Below, in pieces: positions 11,236 through 24,700 of a DNA stretch of 64,000 nucleotides. Every line of letters begins with the position of its first letter. Within the stretch, counting starts at the first letter, position 1. A program made the translations under genes and the position numbers. The notes under the pieces are model-generated. The model saw only the letters and a program-made list of their open reading frames with translations, had not been told where the DNA came from and searched no databases. Origin of the DNA: Psilocybe cubensis (lineage: Eukaryota); assembly GCA_017499595.2 (NCBI GenBank), contig CM039000.1, forward strand, positions 682,001 through 746,000. The letters are read 5' to 3'.

Positions 11236-14200
11236 GAGCATCTTTAGGCATGCTGGCACTAGCGAGTCGCGGGGAAGAAATACATTGCGTCGGAGTAATC
11301 TGGGTTATGGAAAACAGTTAAGCACATGTCTAGCACTCTGAACAGCAATACACTTACCAATACCATGGCCCTTTATTCTCAAGGCGAGTATCGATGCATA
11401 GCTTCAAGGCGAAACTGATACAAAGTCAGTACATGTTTTCAACACTATATCCAATGTCACATACCTCTTGGTTACCGCGCATTCCTTTACCAGCATTCGT
11501 CGGACACCCGAATCTCAAATTTGATTCTGCACACATTGTCAGTACTATATAAGTCTTTGAAGGTATAAAACTTACAAGGTTGAAACCAGATTACGTAGCC
11601 CGAGAGCCCAAGGTTGATACTAGAGCATGGCATAGGCAGAGTGCGATGCCAAGGAGGGTGCATGACGATGAGGAACGTCCACGACGAGGAGGGTGCACAA
11701 CAATGGGTGCATGACGAGGAGGGTACGCAAAAAGAAAGGTGTGCAACGAGGGAGGTAACGACGAGGACGGGTACACGTCGACGTACATCCAGCATTAGGG
11801 CATAATGCACGGCTGGGTTTCATGAAATTCCAGTCCCTCTTTATACTCTTTTTTTCCAAGTTTTCAAGGTCACGTTGTAATTTTGCTGGCACATCACCTC
11901 ATTTCTGTAGCTTCATCAATTAGACTAGTCTTCGCTTCACTCCAACTTCGTTTACGAAGTGTAAAATTTATTTTATGGAATGCCATAATTTGACTCTTAG
12001 GAGTCCGGGAATATGAGTGATTCCACTTCCCTGTTTGCTCTCCAACTTGAATTCCAAGGCAGAAGATCCTGCTACAAATGTCCGAAAACTGTCCACATCC
12101 ACAAATTACATTCCATGCTCGAGCACTGGAACAGCCGCTTTCCATCCTCGTAAACTCGTATCATTGTGCTAGACCCGGAGATCCACTTACGCGTAGAAGG
12201 CCGTAGTTTTGTTGAACGTTGCTTCACAACATTACGTGCATTTACATCCAACATAACGTCCTGTACCGCTGGCACAACACGCGCATAATGCACATTCAGC
12301 ATTCAGGTATCCTGAATGCGACGCGACACATCTCATCCCGAGCAAAAAGACCCTGAACGCGAGCACCCCTAAACGCGAATTGGTTTCGGATAACAAAGTC
12401 AGCTGAACTTGACGCGACGCGTCGGACGCGTGTCAGGGCAGAGCTGAGCTGTTTAATCTAATGACGCACATTTTCGTAACAAGCGCTGCTTCCTTTGAAA
12501 CCCGCTTTTGGAATAGTCGCGCTAGCGCCCGATCCGTGTCATCGCGATTCCGGATTCACGATCCTTGATTCAAGCCTAATTTTAAATCTGGGCAGACCAA
12601 CATCCAGGCCCACATTTACATAAATGCTTGCTGGAGAGCTTTCTACTACGTCTGGGGGTCATTTTTGATGTAGCGACTGTAATTGAAGGTGTTTTCATGG
12701 GAGTTAAATATAACTCTGGCTTGTTTTCAATGTAAATATAACTAAATCTCGAGGTATACTCTACAGACATTGTTTGTGGGCATACCGGTAAGTCAGGTTG
12801 CATCCGCATACTCGCTGACTATCTGTAGCACTGTATAGATTTGATATACGCGCTCAGATAAATATTCAGTACACTCTGCGGCCGAAAATCCGTCTCGGAA
12901 ACGGATACTTAAATAACTCGTGCAGGGGTTCCTTGAGCCCCTGTTCCGCTCTTGAACGCAAATTTCAAGTCTATGTCAGGATTTTAGCTCAATGAGGCTA
13001 GTGCCTCGGCTGCTCGGAGCCATCACAATGTTCAGCGGAGACTCTGAAGTTTCGGAGGATTGAGAAAAATACAGTGACGTGGCATTCGAATTCACGGTAG
13101 TTTGACCTCCATAAGGCGTCTGTGAGTTGAATAGTGTACCATAGAGTGTGAATAGAAGACAATATGATAAAATCCACTTGTAACTAACAGAATAAATTGA
13201 AATCTCTTGTGAATTTTCAAGTACTCGTCCTAAAATCGACTGCAAGCAATTTCATCCGCAGAATATAGATTACAACAAGCCCACAGGCAGGGTATGGTGT
13301 ACCAGTACTGATATATTACCTAGAATAGTCCAAAATCACTCACAGGAAGCAATGACATTTGTTTGACATATAAACCAATGACATTCTCCTCCTCCCCCGA
13401 TACGTCAATTTACGTCGTTTCAGTCGTTTCCATTCCATCCGTACCTTATTATAGATTAGCCTAGCACCCTTCGGCTCGCGAATAACGTTGTGAATCGGTC
13501 CTCTAGAGCCCAGAAGAACGTAGTTGATTGGATACAGTGCAGGCGGGTAATAACAACGTGGCATGCGTACCGCGGCCGTTTGCTGCATACTCGCCATTTG
13601 AGGCGGTTTGGCGGATGCGTATAGGTGTAGTAATGCGTGGTTGAAGAGATGATGCGCCGTGGTGCAAGGAAAAATCGACAATTTGGAGTTATTCACGTCG
13701 AGCCGTGAAATGGTGTAAATCGCGCATTCCCGCAGTTTGAAGAGGTGTAGGGGGGATTTTGTGAGCTGAGGGGTTGGAATAGTATGAAATTTAAGTGATG
13801 AGTAGTGAAATTTGAGTGCTGAAACCTTGAGAAAAGTTACACATTTCAAAAAATATTAAGCGCCCGAATAGACATCACACTGAATTGCGTGAATACAGCA
13901 ATTCCAAAGGCATTCCTCAGGTATCTCTGTATAGCAGCAGAACCCCTAATCACTCACATCGTGCATCCCATGTCAACAATCCCAAAAAATTCAACAAAAT
14001 TTTCAACTCACGTACATACCAACATCCTCCCCCTCCCCCGATTCGCGAATACAGCCCATTTCGAACGCCTCCCTTTCTTCCTGGTCTTTTCCGGCACTAA
14101 CGGGGACCTGCTCGGCTAGGCTAGGCTGCCGTCACCCGACCTAGAAGGACGGAAATGAAAGCAACCACTGACGGTCTTCAGCTGAATACACAAATGCAAT

Positions 14201-17200
14201 GATACGTACCGTACAATTCTGCGCGTTTTCCGCGTATTCCTGGCATTTAGGGTGTTTTAATACGTTACCTATGGTGTTATGCTGGTGTCTGGGCGTCGGA
14301 TCGAAGGTTGAAAAGTCGTAAGGTTTGTCTGGTTTCGTATTGCAAGTGTGCTCATGGAGCCGAATGCCCTCATTGTTGGAATAACGGGTTTACATGGTTT
14401 TTCAATGTCAGGTAGCCCCTGAGTGATATGATAGATGCTCTTCAGTATGTGAGTATGTCTGCGAGACTTGTTGAGCTCGGAGCACGATGGAAAAGGGTGT
14501 ACTGCGTATCAACTCCAAATAAGCGCCGAGAACGTGCATATCTACATACAGTGCAAAACAACACTACACACACCTCTAGAAAGATGACAGGGGTAATAAT
14601 ACCTCTCAGCTCTACCCCTCCAAACCATCCACCCCGCGGAACCATCGAAACAGCTGAACCAATCACATCCGAATCTGCACCTCCTCTCCCAAATCCGCAT
14701 TCCACCCCATTCCAACCGCATTTCTTTTCTTCCGGCTTCGGAATCTCACCACCTCGGCTACTCAGAGTCATAACGGCAGATCAGAAGAAGACAGCGGCGT
14801 TCAATTTGTCGCTGTGCAGAAGACGAGTTTTACGGGTGTTGACTACAGAGCAAGTGTCCGCACTCCGGGAGAGCTAGAATGTGTCGTTTGTGTGATTATG
14901 GGTAGAATACGTATGGGTGGTGAATTGAATGTACGTACTGGTTTCCCCGAGTCGTGAAGCATTTGAAAATTGTGGAAGATTTGGTGCTAAAGTTTTGTTA
15001 TTCGTCGTTCAGGCAATTTTGAGGAAATGGAGTGTATCATGAATCCAGTACTTGTATTGTCCTGGTTTGCGTCTTCAAGCATTGTAAATCTTTATTCTTT
15101 ATTGAGTTGAATATAATTCTCTCTTGAGCGCAATGCATCGACATCAGCTCAAACAAACAAATGTACGAAATCATATTTCACAATACAACACACCCACCCA
15201 AAGTTTCACTCACTGCAAACGGAGAAACCACATCCAATCTACAATCTCGACACACACGGACGATCGGACCACAACTCGCGTAACCCAAATCCGAACCCGC
15301 ACTAACAAGCGACACCGAAAAAAAAAAAGAATCTGTATATTTCATTATTCGGTCTACTTACGACATGTAACAGGCGTACTAGTAACAGCCCCACGCGGGT
15401 ATATAAAGACCACGCACCTTGCTGGCCTTTCTTCATCCCCTCACCGCCTACTCTCCTCTGCCTCTTCAGCTCTCCTCTTCTTTTCTCTTCGGGCTTGGAT
15501 GGCGCGTTCTGGCAGACGGTGAGCCTTCTAGTTCGTTCTCGACGGCGCTGACGTTGTGCACTATATAGGCATTGGTGAGTGATATTGACACGACGCCGAG
15601 GCGATTCTGACGCGTTTCTCATAGGCCCGCGCACCACGATGAAAACACCCCTCCTAACCTTGCCCGTAAAGGTGAGTTGCACCCACCCAACGATGCGCTG
15701 CTACTCACTTTGCTTCTCGCTGCACAGAAAAGTAAGGATTTCCGTGAGTCGGGGCCCCTATGACACGCAGAGCGCTGACAACGCACCTTGACAGAATGGC
15801 CTCTCGATCCATCCACCTGACGGCGTGGGCTGGTTGATACCGTGAAGGTTGCTGGAAAGGTCCTAGACGGTGTGGACACGATAACGACGGTAAGTAGTAG
15901 GGCAATAACTAACAGATGCTTTACTGACCCACCTTGAAATTAGATTCCCCGCCCGCCTCTGTCACTGCAAGTTGGATCCATTGGACTATGAGGGGACATA
16001 ACATGCCCCCCAAATCCCGCTCCACGGTGAGTGTCGAGAGCGACTGAAAGTGCTTGCTGATTAATCCGACGCTTGCTGGGGTAGACGACCCTACGCGGGT
16101 ATAAAGACCACGGGTGTTGCTGGCATTCTTCATCTTTGGGCTTGGATGACGTGTTCGGGCAGACGGTGAGCTTTGTAGTCGACAGCGCTGACGTTGAGCA
16201 CACCAGAGCCACCGTTTGAGGCGACGGTGAGTAACATGCACACGATGCCAATGTGATTCTGACGCATTCCTCGTAGAAGTGCTATAGGTGCGTTGGTCAC
16301 CGCAGAACGCTGACAACATACCTCGACAGAACACCACCTAGCCTGTCCCGCTCTGCCCAGACCAGCCAACACCGCTTCTCGCTACACAGACAAGGCATTG
16401 CCTACAGAATTTCTGTGAGTCGGGGCCCCTGATACGTAGAAAGCTGACGAAATACCTTGACAGAATGTCTTCTTGATCCATCCCGCTCCTCTCCCTGGCA
16501 TAACGATTGACGGCGTGAAAAAAAAGAAGTTTAGATGCGTAACGAACTGCAGAGTACTGACCGTGCCGATTACTCCATCCCACACTCTCCTTGTATCCTT
16601 TCCCTCTCCGCATTGCCCCATACCACCAATGACCGCGCGCAGCGACACTGTCTTGACGGCCGTCCAGAATGCATGCAGCTGAGGGGAGAGAGGTAAGCAC
16701 AATCCCTCGCGGTCAAAAGAATTGTCAACTTACTGACCGGTGATACAAGCTGTTGAAAATTGACATGGCCTGCCCACACCATCGATGACCTGCGCTGTGT
16801 GCTGGATAGCGCGCAGTGACGCTGTCTTGACGGCCGCCCAGAATGCACACAGCTGAGGGAAAGCGGTAAGCACGGTCCCTTGAGGTTGAAAGAGTTGTCT
16901 ACTGACCTGTGACACAAATCGACCCCCTAGGTCCATGGATAGCGAGCAAAGACTCTTGACCGCAAGGTAAGCCGTCGATATAATAACCCAACCAACCTAT
17001 TGACGCACCAATTGACCTCTAGTCGGGCACGACTGTATGCGCGAGCCTTGTTCTTTGAGGCGCAAGGAACCTTGGGTGTTGGTTAAAGGTATGCCCGCTC
17101 AGTTTGTCTGCGAAACTGTCTTGAATGGCGGGCTGAATGCTGCATGCACTGTGGCTTGACGGGGGTGGAAAGACTCTGCAAGGGTGCTGTCACTGGCTTG

Positions 17201-18644
17201 GGCATCCATCGCTTGTCCCATGACGGCGGCGTGTCGACGTTGGGATCAACGTTGTTTAGTGATGAGTCTGCGTGCTGCCACATTCCCCTATACGGACATG
17301 CGGCCTCAAGCTGAGATCCAACAACTGAGAAAGTCAAATATAAAAAGACGGACAATAACGTACCTCAGTTTCCCCTAGATGCTCACAAATATCAAGGTAG
17401 GCGAAGATCGGGGTGTGTGAGTGAGAAGACGAAGCGGGTAATATAGGTGCTGTGGGGATGAGGCGGAGAGTGCAACATGTGTCGCCTCCTTCATCTTCCA
17501 ACGGAAAGGACTTGAGCGCAAGGTGCACGGCGTGACGGTGGTCAAGGAGCTCATCAAAAACGAAGGCCGACTGCCTTCTTCAAGGGGCTGACGCCAAAGG
17601 TATGCCAGTGTCCTACTTAGTTGCAATTCGCCGCATGCACCGCATCGACACAACGTCTAGTGATTACTTGCTAAAACAGGTATACATACATCTCGTAGTG
17701 TAGAGTATGATTCAGGAGCACATGCACAGCTGGTGGGGATAGATAGGGTAGGTAGGTTACTATAGGTGTAGTAGTAGTATGTCGGCTGTACACACATGAA
17801 AAAAGGTATAAGTGTTAACGTGAATGTGAATCTGGGAAAACAAGGTCATAAAGATGGGAGAAAATTAAATATAGGAAATGTGCGGTCGGGTGTGCGTGCA
17901 CACTATGCAGCAGAGGAGAACACAACAGGCAGAAGGTAGAGGTGGATGATAACGAGGTGAACATGCCGAAGAAGAAGAAAAAGAGGAGAACAATGCAGAG
18001 GGGGGAAAATCGAGAACGAAATCGAAGGAAGACGAAACGAGAATCAAATCAGAACGGCTCGAAATCCAAAATCCAGTTCCGATTCCAATAGTTTTCTACA
18101 ACAACTCTACTCTACAAAGATCTTCTACTTTTTACAAATTCGTCTTCGACACGTCAACGCGTCGTCGACGATCACCCGCGTACCGCGCCACCTGCTCTGC
18201 AGTGGTCACTCGTCCTCGCACGCACGCGTGCAAGTGCACAAATCAAGCACGACCGGTGAGTCTTTCTACTACATCAAAACAAAAAAAAGCAGAAACGGGG
18301 GAAAGAAATAGAAAACAAAAGGAGAAAGCGGGAACTGGACTGAACGATATACACGAGGGGCTTGGTGGTGGTGGTGGTAGCAACAGACAGCATCGAGCGC
18401 CAGGCGGTGTAGGGATGGACAGAAGGGATCCTCCGAGCATGCATGCACGCGCGTGTGCTCTCCTCCCTCTCATCCTCCGAGGTGTGATGTTGGCCCGCAA
18501 GAAGTGAATAGGTGCGTATGTGGGTGGAAATCAACTCCGGGTATCGGTTACTGAACTAGATGGGAAGGGAGGGAAGGGGGGGAGGAGACTTGGACAGACA
18601 TGTATGGCATGCAGGGAGGCACGACGGAAGGGGAGGGGGGGCGC

Positions 18645-20443
18645 TCAGAGCGAGAACCACTGCCTCTTCGCGTAAAGCCTCCTGTGCGCGGTGGTTGCAG
18701 CTACTTTCACCTGTGGCTCGGGCTCGGGCGATTTCTTGACGAGCACGCCCTCCTCCGGGGAGGGAAGCAAAGCGCGTCTCCTGCGCCTGCTCGAGCGCTT
18801 CTGGCAAGACGGGGCGGGGTTGCCGTTGTCGTTGCTGCTGGACACAGAAGCAGCGGATGCAGAAGAAGCGGAGGCAGAGGCAGAGGCAGAGGAAGAAGCG
18901 CCTGCGGCGAGATTGGCGGGGGCGGGGCTTGCGCCGGTGTTTCCACCTGAGTTTGCGTTGTTCGAGCCTGAGCCGTTGTTTGAGTTGGATTTGTTCGAGC
19001 CCGAGTTGTTGTTGTTGGAGCCAGAATTGTTGGAACCGGAGTTGCCTGCGGGAGCACTCGGAGCGCCAGCAAAGATATCGTTCTGCGCGCCTGAAAAGAA
19101 GAATCGCAAAAAAACGCCAGGTCAGCCACTTACAATCCGAAATAAAAAAAAATAATCATTGAAACCAACCATCAGCGAAACCCAGCTTGGCATTGTATGC
19201 TGGAGACTTGAAGCTGCCTGAAAGGTCGTATCCACTGACAGCGATGTTGTTGCCCTCGTTCTGGTTCCAGTAAATCATCTGCTTCGAGCCCTTGACGCAG
19301 GCACCTGGGTTGCCCTCGCACCACACGGGTGGCTGTGGGGGTGCAATGGGCGTAGTGCTCTTTGCGCCGGTGACTTTGCACTTGAATGGCTGGTGGTACA
19401 TGTTCGGCTGGCCGCAGCCGTTCGGGACCCATCCCCACTGTGGAAAGAGTTAGACGAAAAATGTGAAGTTTGAATAGAAGTCGGCTTACAGCGCAGATGC
19501 AGCCTCCTTCAGGGCAGGCGGGCAAGTTGGCCGGGACATCGTAGCTGATAACGCGCTTCCAGGGTGTGCTGTGGGGGATTTTATTGATAAGCGTCATTGA
19601 TTTATTTGCAAGGAATGAAAACCACTCACTTATAACGAACAGTGAACACTGCAAGGTTCTGGGGAGTTACTGCCTTGATGTCAGACTAGAAAGTATTTGC
19701 AAAGTGAGCGCTAGATATGATTTTGAACGAGAGTTGGGGACTTGCGTTGTACGAGATTGCGAATGCGGTTCCGGCCGCCATAGACTGATTCTGGGCATGC
19801 ACTGCACAAAAATGAATCAGCAAAAACGCCAAGAAACGAGGGCCGCTCACTGTTTGGGGACGTGATGCATGAAGGGACATTCTGTGAGGCACAGTGGGTT
19901 AATTAATCAGTTGCTAGGAATATGGGAAAGACACGCACATAGTCCTCGGGGTATGTCGCACCGTCTGGCCATTCTGAGGTGTCGCGCCCGTTGTACGCCA
20001 GCGTGGTCTTTGCGCGGTTGGAGGCGATCTCGACGGTGAAGCTTCCACCAGCAGGACTGAAGTCGGGGTTTAGACGACGGAAATCAAAAATACAGGTGTG
20101 TTGGGACTCACAGCTCGAGGAAGTCCCCGTCTGCAGGAGGATATAGGTCACACTAGGTTAACAATTGCGTTGTTGATATGATGGACTGCAGAGTGTTGTT
20201 TAATGAGATGAACATAGCACAACGGCAAAACACGTACACCACCAATCCTTAAAGTTGAGCTGGACAATCGCGTAGGAATTCAAGTCTTGCGCAGCTTGCG
20301 GACCCTATAGAAAGAATGTAGATTCTTCAGCGGTTCTGAACATTTTGAAATGAGGACTACATTCCTTTGTGGAAAGCTGCAAGATGGGCGTTGGCGCCGC
20401 TTAGCCACAAGGCCGCTGTGAGAAGGGTTGCAGCTCGAAACAT
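18645..20443 (-). pseudogene. AA14 LPMO pseudogene, copy 2
   Basis: Same lesions as copy 1; premature TAG at 20357-20359. Confidence 0.88.
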
Positions 20444-21107
20444 TGACTTGAACTTGTTGAGCCGCGTTGAAAAAGAGTGTGGTTGGCCTTGAAGAAAGTT
20501 TGGCGTAAACCGAGCGGGATGGTACAGGAAGGAGTCGTACAAGTCGTTGGAGTGAAAAGTTGACAGTCTAGTTTATAAGCTAATCAGGAAGTGAGCGGAT
20601 GGATGATACCCTGCGTTCATCATGGAAGAAGGGGAGGCAGACCACCTAAATTGATAGATTACTATTTATGATGTGCAGATGTTGCTTTTTCTGGCGAGTT
20701 TTTTCTCGGTAAAATGTCGAGATCTATTAATAGGCCAAAAAAAGAGCGTAGTCCATGCATTCCAACACCTTCAATTTATCGTACAAGCAGAGGTTAGCCC
20801 CGCCCGAAGGCCAGAATGGGGCGTAACCGGTCTATCTACAGGGAAATCACTCACCGGCGAAAATCTGTCAAGGTCACGGGACAAACATCCTACCACAACG
20901 ACGGGTCATACGTGTTCTTCCCGGGTTGACAATAGGCCCGCCTACGTCGTGTTAGAGGGTTCAAGGGCCCCGCGCGGGTCCACTTCAGAGGTGTCCAACA
21001 ATAATCGCTAGAGCATACCCCTGCGTCAAAGCTCCCCGGACGCCATTATGTTGTGTCAGAGCATAGCGGGGTGACTCGAGGGTGCTGAACGGAAATTAGG
21101 GTGAGTC

Positions 21108-21758
21108 CTGCTCGCCGGGTCAAAGCAACGATGTGTCGTGTTTGTCTAACGCCATACTGGTGCTGGGTGAGGAGTAGGCTGTATCCAGTTCGGCAGACAG
21201 CAATACATCTCCAGTTGGGTGGGTGCATAGCACTGCCTCCAAAGAGGCTGGACAACATTGGATGAAGGAGGAGATGCGCGTCTTGCCGGACGGCAATACA
21301 TGGATAAGAGTTGGGTAGATCCTACTCGCCGGAAGACGATATGCTGCATTGGGGCATATGTAGTCGAGACGAGCAAAGGGGAGAATTGAGCTCGCCGGAC
21401 GGCGATACATAGCGTCAGCGCATAGTGGGTTAAATCCTGCTTGCCGCAAGACGATGCATCGCGTTGGAGCATCCGCTGGTTGCACATAGAGTCAAAACAA
21501 GCAAAGAGGAGGGCCCAGCTCGCCGGACGGCAATACATAGCGTCAGAGCGTAGTTGGACAAGGAGTGTGGTGGATCCTGCTCGCCGGAAGACGACGCATT
21601 GCGTTGAAGCATCCGTTGGTCGCACATGGAGTCGATACGAGTAAAGGGGAGGGTCCAGCTCGCCGGACAGCGATATATCGTGTCGGGGCATTATTTGGTG
21701 TCCTTGGGACAAGCAAAGCGGGTGGGTTTAGCTCGCCGGACGACGATATGTTGCCTCA
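21108..21758 (+). repeat. GCTCGCCGGA minisatellite, copy 3
   Basis: Matches copy 2 at +10523. Confidence 0.9.
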
Positions 21759-24700
21759 GAGCATCTTTAGGCATGCTGGCACTAGCGAGTCGCGGGGAAG
21801 AAATACATTGCGTCGGAGTAATCTGGGTTATGGAAAACAGTTAAGCACATGTCTAGCACTCTGAACAGCAATACACTTACCAATACCATGGCCCTTTATT
21901 CTCAAGGCGAGTATCGATGCATAGCTTCAAGGCGAAACTGATACAAAGTCAGTACATGTTTTCAACACTATATCCAATGTCACATACCTCTTGGTTACCG
22001 CGCATTCCTTTACCAGCATTCGTCGGACACCCGAATCTCAAATTTGATTCTGCACACATTGTCAGTACTATATAAGTCTTTGAAGGTATAAAACTTACAA
22101 GGTTGAAACCAGATTACGTAGCCCGAGAGCCCAAGGTTGATACTAGAGCATGGCATAGGCAGAGTGCGATGCCAAGGAGGGTGCATGACGATGAGGAACG
22201 TCCACGACGAGGAGGGTGCACAACAATGGGTGCATGACGAGGAGGGTACGCAAAAAGAAAGGTGTGCAACGAGGGAGGTAACGACGAGGACGGGTACACG
22301 TCGACGTACATCCAGCATTAGGGCATAATGCACGGCTGGGTTTCATGAAATTCCAGTCCCTCTTTATACTCTTTTTTTCCAAGTTTTCAAGGTCACGTTG
22401 TAATTTTGCTGGCACATCACCTCATTTCTGTAGCTTCATCAATTAGACTAGTCTTCGCTTCACTCCAACTTCGTTTACGAAGTGTAAAATTTATTTTATG
22501 GAATGCCATAATTTGACTCTTAGGAGTCCGGGAATATGAGTGATTCCACTTCCCTGTTTGCTCTCCAACTTGAATTCCAAGGCAGAAGATCCTGCTACAA
22601 ATGTCCGAAAACTGTCCACATCCACAAATTACATTCCATGCTCGAGCACTGGAACAGCCGCTTTCCATCCTCGTAAACTCGTATCATTGTGCTAGACCCG
22701 GAGATCCACTTACGCGTAGAAGGCCGTAGTTTTGTTGAACGTTGCTTCACAACATTACGTGCATTTACATCCAACATAACGTCCTGTACCGCTGGCACAA
22801 CACGCGCATAATGCACATTCAGCATTCAGGTATCCTGAATGCGACGCGACACATCTCATCCCGAGCAAAAAGACCCTGAACGCGAGCACCCCTAAACGCG
22901 AATTGGTTTCGGATAACAAAGTCAGCTGAACTTGACGCGACGCGTCGGACGCGTGTCAGGGCAGAGCTGAGCTGTTTAATCTAATGACGCACATTTTCGT
23001 AACAAGCGCTGCTTCCTTTGAAACCCGCTTTTGGAATAGTCGCGCTAGCGCCCGATCCGTGTCATCGCGATTCCGGATTCACGATCCTTGATTCAAGCCT
23101 AATTTTAAATCTGGGCAGACCAACATCCAGGCCCACATTTACATAAATGCTTGCTGGAGAGCTTTCTACTACGTCTGGGGGTCATTTTTGATGTAGCGAC
23201 TGTAATTGAAGGTGTTTTCATGGGAGTTAAATATAACTCTGGCTTGTTTTCAATGTAAATATAACTAAATCTCGAGGTATACTCTACAGACATTGTTTGT
23301 GGGCATACCGGTAAGTCAGGTTGCATCCGCATACTCGCTGACTATCTGTAGCACTGTATAGATTTGATATACGCGCTCAGATAAATATTCAGTACACTCT
23401 GCGGCCGAAAATCCGTCTCGGAAACGGATACTTAAATAACTCGTGCAGGGGTTCCTTGAGCCCCTGTTCCGCTCTTGAACGCAAATTTCAAGTCTATGTC
23501 AGGATTTTAGCTCAATGAGGCTAGTGCCTCGGCTGCTCGGAGCCATCACAATGTTCAGCGGAGACTCTGAAGTTTCGGAGGATTGAGAAAAATACAGTGA
23601 CGTGGCATTCGAATTCACGGTAGTTTGACCTCCATAAGGCGTCTGTGAGTTGAATAGTGTACCATAGAGTGTGAATAGAAGACAATATGATAAAATCCAC
23701 TTGTAACTAACAGAATAAATTGAAATCTCTTGTGAATTTTCAAGTACTCGTCCTAAAATCGACTGCAAGCAATTTCATCCGCAGAATATAGATTACAACA
23801 AGCCCACAGGCAGGGTATGGTGTACCAGTACTGATATATTACCTAGAATAGTCCAAAATCACTCACAGGAAGCAATGACATTTGTTTGACATATAAACCA
23901 ATGACATTCTCCTCCTCCCCCGATACGTCAATTTACGTCGTTTCAGTCGTTTCCATTCCATCCGTACCTTATTATAGATTAGCCTAGCACCCTTCGGCTC
24001 GCGAATAACGTTGTGAATCGGTCCTCTAGAGCCCAGAAGAACGTAGTTGATTGGATACAGTGCAGGCGGGTAATAACAACGTGGCATGCGTACCGCGGCC
24101 GTTTGCTGCATACTCGCCATTTGAGGCGGTTTGGCGGATGCGTATAGGTGTAGTAATGCGTGGTTGAAGAGATGATGCGCCGTGGTGCAAGGAAAAATCG
24201 ACAATTTGGAGTTATTCACGTCGAGCCGTGAAATGGTGTAAATCGCGCATTCCCGCAGTTTGAAGAGGTGTAGGGGGGATTTTGTGAGCTGAGGGGTTGG
24301 AATAGTATGAAATTTAAGTGATGAGTAGTGAAATTTGAGTGCTGAAACCTTGAGAAAAGTTACACATTTCAAAAAATATTAAGCGCCCGAATAGACATCA
24401 CACTGAATTGCGTGAATACAGCAATTCCAAAGGCATTCCTCAGGTATCTCTGTATAGCAGCAGAACCCCTAATCACTCACATCGTGCATCCCATGTCAAC
24501 AATCCCAAAAAATTCAACAAAATTTTCAACTCACGTACATACCAACATCCTCCCCCTCCCCCGATTCGCGAATACAGCCCATTTCGAACGCCTCCCTTTC
24601 TTCCTGGTCTTTTCCGGCACTAACGGGGACCTGCTCGGCTAGGCTAGGCTGCCGTCACCCGACCTAGAAGGACGGAAATGAAAGCAACCACTGACGGTCT

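Larger units (their letters stand above)
10104..20626 (+). repeat. Tandem ~10.5-kb segmental repeat, copy 2 (10523 bp)
   Basis: ORF-track entries recur at exactly +10523 with identical translations (10150/20673, 14428/24951, 19156/29679). Confidence 0.97.
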